Source: Candidatus Latescibacter sp. (lineage in GTDB: Bacteria; Latescibacterota; Latescibacteria; Latescibacterales; Latescibacteraceae). From it: 55,915 nt of DNA. A program made the position numbers and the translations under genes. Location of the stretch: contig JAUYCD010000054.1 in NCBI GenBank assembly GCA_030692375.1, forward strand, positions 1-55,915, in the 5' to 3' direction. The notes under the pieces are model-generated. The model saw nothing but the letters and a program-made list of their open reading frames with translations, was not told where the DNA came from and did no database searches. Shown here one piece after another: positions 20,394-32,000 of the stretch (positions are counted from its first letter, which is position 1; every line of letters starts with the position of its first letter).

Positions 20394-21803
20394 CTATACA
20401 TCCTCCTTTGCCCGGATTCTCTTTGCTTGCATAATCTGTTTATGCAGCGCATCCATCCCGGCGCCGCCTGTCACTGTGCGGCAGTCGGCGGATACCCGCA
20501 GATCGAATATTTTCCCGATATCGTCTTCAAAAAGTTCGGAATGCTTCTTGTAGACCTCCGTCGGTATCCGGTCCAGGGTCGTTTCGTTCTCCTGCGCCCA
20601 ACGAACCAGCTTCCCGGCGGTCTCATGGGCTTTCCGGAACGGCATTCCTTTCCGGGTAAGATAGTCGGCAAGATCGGTGGCAAACATGCTCCGGTCTATG
20701 GCCGCTTCCATCCGTGCGGTATTGAAAACCATCGTCCGAACCACGCCGTTCAGGATCAGAAGGCAATCTGAAACCGTCTTCAGGGTGTCGAAGAAAGGCT
20801 CCTTGTCCTCCTGCATATCCCGGCAGTAGCTGAACGGCAGCCCTTTCATAACGGTTAGGAGAGCCATGAGATTGCCGTACACGCGCCCCGTTTTGCCCCG
20901 GATAAGCTCCAGGGAGTCAGGATTTTTCTTCTGCGGCATCATGGATGAGCCGGTTGAATACCGATCGGACAATTTCACAAATCCGAATTCGGCGGAAGAC
21001 CAGATTATGAGGTCCTCGCATATCCGGGAAAGGTGCATCATGAGTATCGAAGCGGCGGACAGAGTCTCGACCAAGTAATCCCGGTCGGAGGTCGCATCCA
21101 TGCTGTTCTCGGTCACTCCCGAAAAGCCGAGCTTTTCGGCGATGAATTCACGGTCGACAGCAAATCCGCTTCCGGCAACCGCGCCGGAGCCGAGCGGGCA
21201 CTTGTCGGCGCGCTTCCGGGAGTCGAGGAAGCGCTCCCGGTCACGCTCCAGCATCCAGAACCAGGACATAATATAGTGGCCGAGACGCACCGGCTGCGCC
21301 TGCTGGAGATGAGTGTACGATGGAACTATATCATCCGCATGGTTCTCGGCGCATGCCACGATGCTCTCCTGGAGCATCCGGATGGAATCGCCCAGGCTAT
21401 CCAAAGCGCCGAGAAGGTAGAGCCGCTCATCGAGCGCCACCTGATCGTTCCGCGACCGTCCCGTATGGAGTTTGGCGCCGGTTTCGCCGATAAGCGCGGT
21501 AAGACGAGCCTCCACCGTCATGTGCACATCCTCTGTCGAGCGATCAAAAACATACCCCGGTTTGGCTATATCCGTTTCCATGGACTTTTGAACTTCCTTA
21601 AGGCCGGATACGATTTTTCTCCGCTCTCTGACTGAAAGAATTCCGGCTTTTTCAAGGGCCTCGGCCCAGACAATGCTCCCCAGGATATCCACCCGGAGAA
21701 GCTCGATATCCACATCGATTGATGCTCCAAACTCCACCATGCCCTGTGACGGGTCCTCGCTGAACCGTCCGCCCCAGAGTGGTTTTGGGGTCGTATCCGC
21801 CAT
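20394..21803 (-). CDS. argH: argininosuccinate lyase
   Basis: 469 aa. Fumarate-lyase signature GSSMMPQKKNPD. N-terminal LWGGRF. Confidence 0.96.
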   Translation of the reverse strand: MADTTPKPLWGGRFSEDPSQGMVEFGASIDVDIELLRVDILGSIVWAEALEKAGILSVRERRKIVSGLKEVQKSMETDIAKPGYVFDRSTEDVHMTVEARLTALIGETGAKLHTGRSRNDQVALDERLYLLGALDSLGDSIRMLQESIVACAENHADDIVPSYTHLQQAQPVRLGHYIMSWFWMLERDRERFLDSRKRADKCPLGSGAVAGSGFAVDREFIAEKLGFSGVTENSMDATSDRDYLVETLSAASILMMHLSRICEDLIIWSSAEFGFVKLSDRYSTGSSMMPQKKNPDSLELIRGKTGRVYGNLMALLTVMKGLPFSYCRDMQEDKEPFFDTLKTVSDCLLILNGVVRTMVFNTARMEAAIDRSMFATDLADYLTRKGMPFRKAHETAGKLVRWAQENETTLDRIPTEVYKKHSELFEDDIGKIFDLRVSADCRTVTGGAGMDALHKQIMQAKRIRAKEDV

Positions 21804-21804
21804 G

Positions 21805-23016
21805 TTAATGATCTCCCAAGTTCCGGAACCGGGCGCTCACAGTCTCCGGCAGGCCGAAAAGGTTGATGAATCCCCGTGCATCCGCCTGGTTGTAAACCGC
21901 ATCCCGCGAGAATGTGGCTATATCCTCACGGTAGAGCGAGTACGGACTTTTTACCCCGACCGCGGTACAGTTTCCCTTGTAGAGCTTGACACGCACAGTC
22001 CCTGTTACCCGGCGCTGGGTGCTGGCTACAAAAGCGTCAAGGGCCTCACGGAGCGGGTTGAACCATTTGCCGAAATAGACCAGTTCGGCGTAACGGAGCG
22101 CTGCTCCCTGCTTGTAATGGAGCGTGTCACGGTCGAGAGTCAGCATTTCGAGGGCGCCATGCGCTTCATACAGCACTGTCCCTCCTGGCGTCTCATACAC
22201 TCCGCGTGATTTCATGCCGACCAGGCGGTTTTCCACGATATCGGCGCGTCCCACTCCGTTCCGAGCTGCAACAGTATTCAGCTTCTCAATAATTTCCACC
22301 GGGCCGCACAGGACGCCGTCCAGGGAAACCGGCCGCCCCTGCTCGAACCCGATCTCGATGTATTCAGGCTTGTCCGGGGCCGCTTCCGGGGAAACGGTCA
22401 GAACATAGACATCTTCCGGAGGTTCGTTCCAGGGGTCCTCGAGCTTTCCGCCCTCATGGCTGATATGCCAGAGATTACGGTCGCGGGAGTAAATCTTCTC
22501 TCTCGTCTGGGCAATCGGTATGTTCCGAGCGGCGGCGTATTCGATGGCATCCTCGCGGCTCTTGATATTCCACTCACGCCAGGGCGCGATGATGGCCAGA
22601 TCGGGGGCGAAGGCTTTATAGGCCAGCTCGAACCGCACCTGGTCGTTCCCCTTGCCGGTGGCGCCGTGCGAGACAGCGTCGGCGTTTTCTTTCCGGGCGA
22701 TCTCCACCTGACGGCGGGCGATAAGGGGCCGTGCGAACGAAGTGCCCAGGAGATATTTCCCCTCGTACACCGCCCCGGCCATCATGGTCGGGAAAGCGAA
22801 CTCGGAGGCAAATTCCTCCCGGAGGTCTTCGATGTAAATCTTGGACGCGCCGGATTTGAGCGCCTTCTCCTCCAGGCCGTCCAATTCCTCACCCTGTCCC
22901 ACATCTGCGGCCATGGCGATGACCTCGCAGTGATAATTCTCCCTGAGCCAGGGGATGATGATCGAAGTGTCCAGACCGCCGGAATATGCAAGCACCACCT
23001 TTTTTACATTATTCAT
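21805..23016 (-). CDS. argG: argininosuccinate synthase
   Basis: 403 aa. Motifs AYSGGLDTS and [13 protein letters not shown]. Confidence 0.96.
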   Translation of the reverse strand: MNNVKKVVLAYSGGLDTSIIIPWLRENYHCEVIAMAADVGQGEELDGLEEKALKSGASKIYIEDLREEFASEFAFPTMMAGAVYEGKYLLGTSFARPLIARRQVEIARKENADAVSHGATGKGNDQVRFELAYKAFAPDLAIIAPWREWNIKSREDAIEYAAARNIPIAQTREKIYSRDRNLWHISHEGGKLEDPWNEPPEDVYVLTVSPEAAPDKPEYIEIGFEQGRPVSLDGVLCGPVEIIEKLNTVAARNGVGRADIVENRLVGMKSRGVYETPGGTVLYEAHGALEMLTLDRDTLHYKQGAALRYAELVYFGKWFNPLREALDAFVASTQRRVTGTVRVKLYKGNCTAVGVKSPYSLYREDIATFSRDAVYNQADARGFINLFGLPETVSARFRNLGDH

Positions 23017-23025
23017 ACTGTCTCC

Positions 23026-24867
23026 TCAATCCAGTTTGAACAGTATCTTCCATTTGCCTTTGTTCTCTTTGTATTCGAGACGGTTATTCAAAAGATCGGC
23101 CCGCTGCGGGTCAGCCGTATTTTTCAACACGTTGAACAGGCCCCAGAACTTCTCCTGTGTCAGCTTTGCCAGAAAATCCGGATGAAGATTATAGAGAAAG
23201 AGCATGGGATCGTCCTCGGAAAGCGCGAACAAAAGAGAACCGTTGGCAAGCTCTTTCCCGTCCGTCTCACGGTAAGTCCAGCCGGCGGGTACTTCGTAAA
23301 TCTCCACATGTTCACTATCGCCGAGGAGCTTCCATTCCCGGGGAGGCAGGAGCACCCAGGTCCCGAAATCATCATAGGAATGCCGTATCCGGAGGTCGTT
23401 CTGGCCGGTGAAATTGGTACGGTCGAGAATGATGTACGAGCCTCCCAAGTCTGTCGGATTTTTCACCGCCTTGAGGTCACGCAGCATGTCAGAGCGCCTC
23501 CAGGGCATGTCGGCGAAGCGGATATCGGGCAGATACCAGAGCGAAAGCTTGTTCCACCACCACCCGCCTGTCCCGTAGAGGGGAAGGTGCGGGCGGTTCT
23601 TCAGCACTTCCCGATAAGCCCACCGGTACTGGTGCATGTTGTATGCAAGCGAATCTTTCTGGCCCCGGGCCGCTCCGTACGAAGTGAAAAGAAGCCAGGC
23701 CAGGGCCGCAAGCGCAATACCGCCGCCAACCCATCGAATCTTGAAGTCAGAGAGTCTGCGCACCTTCCTGGCTCCCAGACCCAGGGCGTCATTCATCACG
23801 AGACCGCAGGCAATGGCCATCGGGGGGGTAACGGTAAGCAGGAACCTGGGGAGTTTCACCATCATCTGGAACGAGGTGAACGAAACACTGCCAAATTCCA
23901 GGAACAGATACCCGATGAGAAACCACCAGGGAACGATCAGCAATTTCCAGGAACGCCGGCTTATTCCCTTCCAGGCCGCATACCCAACGCAGAGGATGCC
24001 GAAATAAAAGGTGTAGCCGAACAAGCTGCTCAGGAAGGGCAATTTCCCATCCATGCCCTGGAAAAATCCGGGGAACATATATCTCAGGTTGGTGAACCAG
24101 TTCAATGAATTTTTCGGGATATACCCGGACTGAATGAGCGGGTCCCGCTGGTGCTCTGCCAAGTGAATGTTGAACAGGAAATCCCCCGATTTGAACGCAT
24201 AAACCAGATAGAGCAGGAGCACCGGCGCTGCAAATCCCGCTCCCACCAGGTACAGCCCGCGCTTCCATCGCGAAGAGCTGAACGCAAAGGGAAGGAAAAA
24301 AAGCAGGAAATAGTAGGAATTCTCACGGGCGTTGAAAGCCAGAAACACGCTTACCCCCACCAGTAGATACCACCATTTTGCCTTCGATCCCCGGCTTTCT
24401 TCGGCGGTGAGAAAAGCCCAGACTGCGAGTGCGAGGTAAAAGGGCACAATTGTATCGGGGAGGAGCATCGTACCGTAGACCACATCCCCTGGAAATGTGG
24501 CCAGCACAAAAGCGCCGAGCATCCCCGCATACGGCCCGTACAGCTTCCGCCCGATTAGGAATCCCAGCACGATAGTCACGAACGAGAGGAGCATGGGATA
24601 GAGAATAGCGATAAATTCCGACAGTCCGAAAATTCTGAACAGCAGACTGACCGGCAAAAGAAGGGACAACCGGAGCGCCCGGAAATCCATGCTCATATCC
24701 CAGGGCAGGGGCAGCCGGAAAAAAGAATAGCTGTACACTCCATAGGAGAAATCGTCCGCCTGGGTCAGCCCGCAGAAAAAACGCCACTTGAGCAGGGCGT
24801 TGACAAGCAGAATCGCCAGGAGCGCCCAGAGTGTGTAATCAAATGTTTTTTTGGCCTTTTCAGGCAC
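23026..24867 (-). CDS. GT-C fold membrane glycosyltransferase (ArnT/PMT, GT39/GT83-like) with a C-terminal soluble domain
   Basis: 613 aa with at least 10 TM segments. A first-loop acidic motif LTQADDFSYG is typical of GT-C enzymes. A GTG start lies immediately after the argD stop. Confidence 0.7.
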   Translation of the reverse strand: MPEKAKKTFDYTLWALLAILLVNALLKWRFFCGLTQADDFSYGVYSYSFFRLPLPWDMSMDFRALRLSLLLPVSLLFRIFGLSEFIAILYPMLLSFVTIVLGFLIGRKLYGPYAGMLGAFVLATFPGDVVYGTMLLPDTIVPFYLALAVWAFLTAEESRGSKAKWWYLLVGVSVFLAFNARENSYYFLLFFLPFAFSSSRWKRGLYLVGAGFAAPVLLLYLVYAFKSGDFLFNIHLAEHQRDPLIQSGYIPKNSLNWFTNLRYMFPGFFQGMDGKLPFLSSLFGYTFYFGILCVGYAAWKGISRRSWKLLIVPWWFLIGYLFLEFGSVSFTSFQMMVKLPRFLLTVTPPMAIACGLVMNDALGLGARKVRRLSDFKIRWVGGGIALAALAWLLFTSYGAARGQKDSLAYNMHQYRWAYREVLKNRPHLPLYGTGGWWWNKLSLWYLPDIRFADMPWRRSDMLRDLKAVKNPTDLGGSYIILDRTNFTGQNDLRIRHSYDDFGTWVLLPPREWKLLGDSEHVEIYEVPAGWTYRETDGKELANGSLLFALSEDDPMLFLYNLHPDFLAKLTQEKFWGLFNVLKNTADPQRADLLNNRLEYKENKGKWKILFKLD

Positions 24868-26058
24868 TTATGTTCTCCCGGAGAGGAAGCGGTCGAATGT
24901 ATCCAGAACACGGTCTATATCTCCCCTGTCCACTATCAGCGGAGGGATGAAACGCACCACCTGCTGACCTGCGGCGCAGATCAGTATCTTCTCCTTTTCA
25001 AAGAATTCCACCGCTTCGGAGGCGGGAAATTCCACCAGCGTTCCCATGAGAAGGCCTTTCCCCCGGATTTCCTTTATCGAGGGATATTTCTCCGCAAGGC
25101 GCACCAGTCCAGCCCGGAGGTATTCTCCCTTTTCCGCCACCGACCGCACGAATGAGGGATCGCTGAGCAGGTCGAACACTCCGCATGCCACTCCGGTGAC
25201 AAAGTGGTTCCCCCCGAAGGTGGATGCATGTTCGCCGGGTTTTATTTCCGGCCAGACACGCGGTCCTGTCACAACCGCCCCGATGGGCAGCCCGCCGGCG
25301 AGCGGCTTGGCAAGGGTCATGATGTCCGGAGTGACATCGTAATGGGTGTAGGCATGAAGTTTCCCGGTACGGGCCATTCCGCACTGCACCTCGTCAACGA
25401 TGAGGAGCATCTCCCGCTCCCGGCAGAGCGTTTCCAGGGCTTTCATGAATTCCGGCGCGGCAAGGCTCACTCCGCCTTCTCCCTGGAGCGGCTCGATGAT
25501 CACCGCTGCGGTTTCATCGGTAACCGCGTTTTTCACCGAATCGATATCATTGAATACAGCTTCCCGGAAACCGGGCACCAGCGGCTCGAACGCTTTCTGG
25601 TACTTTTCCTGCATGGTGGCGGATAGAGCGCCCATCGTGCGGCCGTGGAAAGAGTTTTTAAAAGCCACGAAACCGATTTTGGGCCTGGTAAATTTTTTCC
25701 CCCATTTCCGAGCGAATTTCAATGCGCCCTCGACAGCCTCAGTCCCGCTGTTGCAGAAAAAAACCCGCTCCCCGAAACAGGTTCCGCAGATTTTTTCCGC
25801 CAGAAGCGCCTGAGAGGGAATGTGGTACAGGTTCGATGTATGGATTACCAGATCCGCCTGCTTTTTAATCAGCGCGGAGACCAGCGGGTGGGCGTACCCC
25901 AGAGCGTTCACCCCCAGTCCGCTTGCAAAATCAAGGTAAAGGCTGCCGCCGGTGTCGCAGAGGGTCACACCCTCCCCCTTCTCGAAAGCGAGCGGCTTAC
26001 GTCCGTAGGTTTTCAGCACAAACTGCTCGGTTTTCCCGATAATATCCTGTGTGGTCAA
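24868..26058 (-). CDS. argD: acetylornithine aminotransferase (class III PLP aminotransferase)
   Basis: 396 aa. Motifs FCNSGTEAVE and DEVQCGMARTGK, plus the PLP-Lys region TLAKPLAGG. Confidence 0.92.
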   Translation of the reverse strand: MTTQDIIGKTEQFVLKTYGRKPLAFEKGEGVTLCDTGGSLYLDFASGLGVNALGYAHPLVSALIKKQADLVIHTSNLYHIPSQALLAEKICGTCFGERVFFCNSGTEAVEGALKFARKWGKKFTRPKIGFVAFKNSFHGRTMGALSATMQEKYQKAFEPLVPGFREAVFNDIDSVKNAVTDETAAVIIEPLQGEGGVSLAAPEFMKALETLCREREMLLIVDEVQCGMARTGKLHAYTHYDVTPDIMTLAKPLAGGLPIGAVVTGPRVWPEIKPGEHASTFGGNHFVTGVACGVFDLLSDPSFVRSVAEKGEYLRAGLVRLAEKYPSIKEIRGKGLLMGTLVEFPASEAVEFFEKEKILICAAGQQVVRFIPPLIVDRGDIDRVLDTFDRFLSGRT

Positions 26059-26085
26059 TGTTCGTTCCTTTTTGTAAAAAATTTA

Positions 26086-26142
26086 GATACCGAAACAAGT
26101 TCGGCATGACACGTGTCACCCGGAACTTGTTTCAGGGTCTAA
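26086..26142. repeat. family-A modular palindromic repeat, short form (H1+H2+H3)
   Basis: GATACCGAAACAAGTTCGGCATGACACGTGTCACCCGGAACTTGTTTCAGGGTCTAA. It is near-identical to 2971..3025. Confidence 0.9.
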
Positions 26143-26165
26143 ATGAAAAAATGATAAGCTCGATA

Positions 26166-26279
26166 CAGCCCCCTAACCCTCTGTCCCTTTCCCCCGAAGG
26201 GGGCAAGGGAAGTCGTTGCTTCACAATATGTTCCTGCCCCCTCCGGGGGAAGGATGTCCAAAGGACAGGAAGGGGGCTG
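26166..26279. repeat. composite C5/G5 nested-hairpin element (about 114 nt)
   Basis: Outer arms CAGCCCCCT and AGGGGGCTG. Sub-arms CTGTCCCTT and AAAGGACAG. Inner hairpins CCCCC-GAA-GGGGG and CCCCC-TCC-GGGGG. Confidence 0.85.
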
Positions 26280-26295
26280 CTTTGCGCCTGCTTTA

Positions 26296-27075
26296 TCAAT
26301 AAATCACCGTTCCCCAATGCACTTCCTGGCGCAGGGAATCCATGATGCTCTCCGGGCCTTTCCAGCCGATGATATGCACCCGGCCCACCCCATTTTTTAC
26401 CGCCGCAGCGGAGCTTCTGAGCTTGGGAATCATGCCCCCGGTGACCTCACCAGTTTCTATCAAATGATCGACTTCCCCGATACCGATTCGCGGCCGCACC
26501 TGCCCGCCGATTTTTATGCCGGGGACATCGGTGATATAAATAAGGTCGTCGGCTTTCCAGACCTCGGCGAGCTTCTGGGCGGCATGATCGGCATTCACAT
26601 TGTATGCCCGGCATTCCGGTCCGATGGAAATGGGTGAAACCACAGGGACAATTCGCTGTGCAAGGAGAACTTCGATAATCTCGGTATTAACATCCACAAT
26701 CATACCCACATACCCGAGGTCGCCGCCTTTCGATGTCAGCTTGGCGGCATGGAACAGCCCCAGGTCGGTGCCGCTGATGCCGGCCGCTCTCACTCCTTCT
26801 CTTTCCAGGGCGCGCACGATCCATTTGTTGACCAGCCCGGAAAGCACCATCTCCACCACATCGATGGTGTCGCCGTCTGTCACCCGGAGCCCATCGATGA
26901 ACTGAAACTGCCTGCCCATGCGGTCGAGCTGACGTCCTATGTCTTTCCCGCCGCCGTGGACTACAACCACATCACGGTCTTGAGGAATCATGGTAAGGGC
27001 TGTGGCAAACTGTTCTAGAATAAACTCGTCATCCAGAGTGGACCCGCCCATTTTTACCACGATTTTTCCGCTCAC
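26296..27075 (-). CDS. argB: acetylglutamate kinase
   Basis: 259 aa. Motifs VVKMGGST, VVVHGGG and NVNADHAA. Confidence 0.95.
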   Translation of the reverse strand: MSGKIVVKMGGSTLDDEFILEQFATALTMIPQDRDVVVVHGGGKDIGRQLDRMGRQFQFIDGLRVTDGDTIDVVEMVLSGLVNKWIVRALEREGVRAAGISGTDLGLFHAAKLTSKGGDLGYVGMIVDVNTEIIEVLLAQRIVPVVSPISIGPECRAYNVNADHAAQKLAEVWKADDLIYITDVPGIKIGGQVRPRIGIGEVDHLIETGEVTGGMIPKLRSSAAAVKNGVGRVHIIGWKGPESIMDSLRQEVHWGTVIY

Positions 27076-28087
27076 AAGAGACTATCCTTCTCATCGAATC
27101 CGAACATGACATTCATATTCTGCACAGCCTGCCCGGAAGCTCCCTTACCTAAATTACAGATGGCGGATATAACGATCAATTTATCGGTCCCCTCGGCAAG
27201 GCTGGTTCCGATATCGCAGAAATTGGTATCGGCCACAAACTTGCTTTCCGGGGTTGAGTCGCTGTGATAGCGCACGAAAAATTCTCCCGCGAAGGTTTCA
27301 CGGTACAGCCGGTCGATTTCATTTTTCGTAAGGGATTTTTTCAAGGTGACCAGCATGGTCGATACAATCCCCGTTTTCATCGGCGCCACATGGGGAGCAA
27401 AGGTGATCATACAGCTTTCCCCGGCGATCTTGGAAAGCTCCTGCTCGATTTCACCTACATGCTTGTGGCTGCGCCCCAGGCTGTAGGGCATAACATTGGA
27501 ATCGGCCTCGTAGAAATGCTTGAACATTTTCAGCGTCCGTCCCGCGCCGCTGATGCCGCTGATGGAATTCACATGGATGGCGTCGCAGACTATCAGCCCG
27601 GCCCGCAGGAGCGGGAACAGCCCCAGGAGCACCGAGGTGGGATAACAGCCCGGATTGGAAACAAACCGCGATTCCCTGATCCGGTGACGGTAGACCTCGG
27701 TGAGACCATAGACAGCCTTGTCGATGTAATCGGGCGACTCGTGCACCTCGCCGTACCAGCAACAGTAAGCCTCGGCGGAGTCCATCCGGTAGTCGCCGGC
27801 CAGATCGACAATGGCGATGCCCCGGTCATAGAATCCGGGAACCACCCGCATGGAGGTCTGGTCCGGGGCGCAGGTGAAAAGGACATCGATATCTATACCC
27901 TTCACATCCTGCGGATCCGAAAACACCAGATCGCACATGCGCCCAAGCGAGCCATACAATTCGGACATACGCTTCCCTTTGTCCTGACGGGAGGTGATGA
28001 AAGCAATCTCCACCTGAGTATGCCGTGAAAGGTAGTACGCCAGCCTCTGCCCCGTATACCCGGAACCGCCGTAGATTCCTGCGCGGA

Positions 28088-28091
<4 letters not shown>
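27072..28091 (-). CDS. argC: N-acetyl-gamma-glutamyl-phosphate reductase
   Basis: 339 aa. N-terminal GGSGYTG and the active-site motif NPGCYPT. It has 4-nt overlaps with both argR and argB. Confidence 0.95.
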
Positions 28092-29035
<944 letters not shown>

Positions 29036-32000
29036 ATGCCTGTAATAAACCAGCGCTTATCGGATATTCTCTCCTCCGGCATCATCGAATTGTCCCGGGG
29101 CGACCCTGGTATTCTCCTCTCCCGCGGAGTTCCGCCGGAAACTATTCGTGAAATTCAAATAATATTGAATATATATTCATCTAAATCCCCTTACGCCGTT
29201 TTTCGTATCATGGCCGCGATCATCCAGTTGCCTTCCCCGAACCGGGGGCTCCTGCGGCTGGAGCGTTTCCTGCGATCGGCTGGGAATAGTCTGGCCGCGC
29301 CGGAAGATTCCCGAGTTTTGTCAGACATACTGGCAATAATTTTCTCCTGGAGCGGAGCATTAACAGGAAGACTTACCGGAGACCCTTCGTTGATTTCTCT
29401 TCTGGCATCCCTGGAAAATCCGCTCACGCCTCAGCTCGACCGGGCATACTACCGGGATGCCATCCGGGTGCTCACCGGAAATCATAGACTCATTTCCGAA
29501 AAGATACGGGCAATTCACCGTATGCATACAGTGCAGCTCATCCGCATCTGCGCACGCAACGCAGATCCTCAAACGGATATTTCCGAGATAAATGCCGAAC
29601 TCTCTCTCCTCGCCGAGTCGGTTATCGAAGCCTGTCTGGATGCGGCTCTGGAAGATCTTCCTGCAAAATGCGGGATAAAGCCTGAGTCTCATTCCCTCAT
29701 CGTCCTCGGCCTGGGCAAGCTCGGCGGAATGGAGTTGAATGTCAGCTCAGACATCGATCTTATCTACCTTTACCGTGAATCGGAAAATCAGGGAAACGAC
29801 GATCGGATTACTTTCCATACTCTTCTTGCCGAGCGCCTGACCCGTTTCCTCTCAGAAGCGACCGATGCGGGGATGCTCTACCGTGTGGATACTCGGCTTC
29901 GGGCCGACGGCTCCTCGGGACCGCTGGTCCGCTCGACCGGGGATTACTTCCGCTACCTGGAAATGCGCGGAGAAGCCTGGGAGCGCCAGATGCTCCTGAA
30001 AGCCCGCCCGGTAGCCGGAGACCGGGAAGCCGCCGGGGAATTTCTCCGTTCCCTTGAACGGTTCATTTTCACCACCACCATCACCCGCAGCCCGAACCGT
30101 GAAATAGTGGCGCTGAAAAACCAGATCGAGGCGCGCATGATCGTGGAAGGAAGCAAGAAAACCCACTTGAAGCTCATGCCCGGCGGCATTCGTGATATCG
30201 AGTTCATCGTGCAGTGCCTGCAGCTTCTCATGGGCGGCATGCATCCCGAAGTGCGCGCTTCCGGAACCATACCTGCGGCGGGCAAACTTCATAAGGCGGG
30301 AGCGTTGAGCAAAGACGAGCACCGCATCCTGTCCGGCGCCTATCGGAGATACCGTCAGACAGAGAACGCTCTTCAATGGAAAGAACTTCTCCCGGCTTTC
30401 ACCCTTCCCGATACCCTTTCCGACCTGAACGAACTGGCGGAATTCATCGGTTATGAGAGCGGGGAAAATCCCCCCTGTCCCCCCGTATTAAGGGGGGAAA
30501 CCGAAGGCAGGGGGGATATCAGGCGCGAGATCGAAGAACTCCGTGAACAGGTGCGGGCCATATACCGGGACATATTCTCACCCGGCAGTCATGATTCATT
30601 TGATGAAATGGCGATCGAGGCGGCCCTGGGTCAGGCCGGTAATGATCAGGAGAAGCGATTCCTGGAAAGTCTGGGGTTCCCAGAACCGGGGGAGAGCGCT
30701 CGGTATCTTTTCCGGCTGGTCACCGGCAATGAACCGGGGGGTGAAGCCGCCATCCACCCTTCTGTCGAACGGTTCGTTCCCATGCTGCTCAGGACCCTTT
30801 CCGATCTGCCGGACCCCGGGGGTGCATTGGAGCGTCTCACCCATATCGTGGATTCCTATTCCGCACGGTACACCCTGTTCGATGTACTTGCCGAAAGCCC
30901 GCGCTTCATGGAACTTCTGGCCGCCATTGCGCACGGCTCGGTATTTCTGACCGATATACTGGTCAAAGACCCCTCGCTCCTTGACTGGCTTGTGGAAGTT
31001 GGCGAGATTCGCAATCCGCCGGATGAAGGTAAAATCCTGAAAGAACTTCGTGCTGTCGATCGCGAGCATGAGTCGAACGAGGAATTCACCAAAGCCTGCC
31101 TCTTGGTTAAAAACCGCGAGGAGCTGCGCATCGGTTCGAGAAGCATAACGGGGCTTGAGGAAACCTGCGAAACTTTCGCCAATCTGGCCGTCCTGGCGGA
31201 ATGTATCGTGAAAACTGTGTATGGCAGGGCTTTCAGTCTTCTCGGCGGTACGGATTTCTCACGCCGCCGTGATTATGCATTTACCGTGCTGGCTGCGGGA
31301 AGGCTGGGCGCCGGGGTGATGGATTTCGGTTCCGACCTTGACCTCATTTTCGTTTACCGGAGCGCTGCCGTGAAAGAGAATGAGGCGGAAATATCCGAAT
31401 ATTCGGTGAAGCTTGCCCGTCTTATCCTCTCCCTTATCACCGGAGGCGGAGGGGTCAACAAAATATACGATGTGGATACCCGGCTTCGGCCGGAAGGAGG
31501 AACCTCGGTTCTTGCGATCTCGCTGGATGAATACAGGAAATACCTGGATACCCGGGCGGTGGAATGGGAGAGGCTGGCCCTGATGCGGGCGAGACCGGTG
31601 GCGGGGAACGACCGGCTGGCCGCAGATATCGAAAAAACCGTCAGCCGCTTCGTCTACAGCGGAAGATTGACCCGCGCGGAAATCAGCCGGATTCTGGACA
31701 TCCGGGCCAAAATGGCGGAAAGCTCGCAGAAACGGTATCCGGGCCAGATCAATGTGAAATCCGGTCCGGGAGGTCTGGCGGATATTGACTTTGCAGTGCA
31801 GGCCCGCACTGTTCATTATGGAAAGGAAAAACCGGAAATACGTCGCCGTCATACGCTGGACATTATTAAAGCGCTCAGCGCCGCCCGTCTCATCGACCGT
31901 CATGACGCCCTGACGCTCACGGAATCATACCGGTTTCTTCAGGATACCGAAAAGGCTCTGAGAATCGGTTCGGGGAGAGCGGTAAACACCCTGCCGCAGC

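Noticed and set aside
22456-24108. 550-aa plus-strand ORF spanning argG and the glycosyltransferase gene
   Set aside because: It crosses a gene boundary on the opposite strand. Its composition is skewed toward P/G/R/H, and it has no recognisable domain. Both minus-strand genes have strong family motifs.
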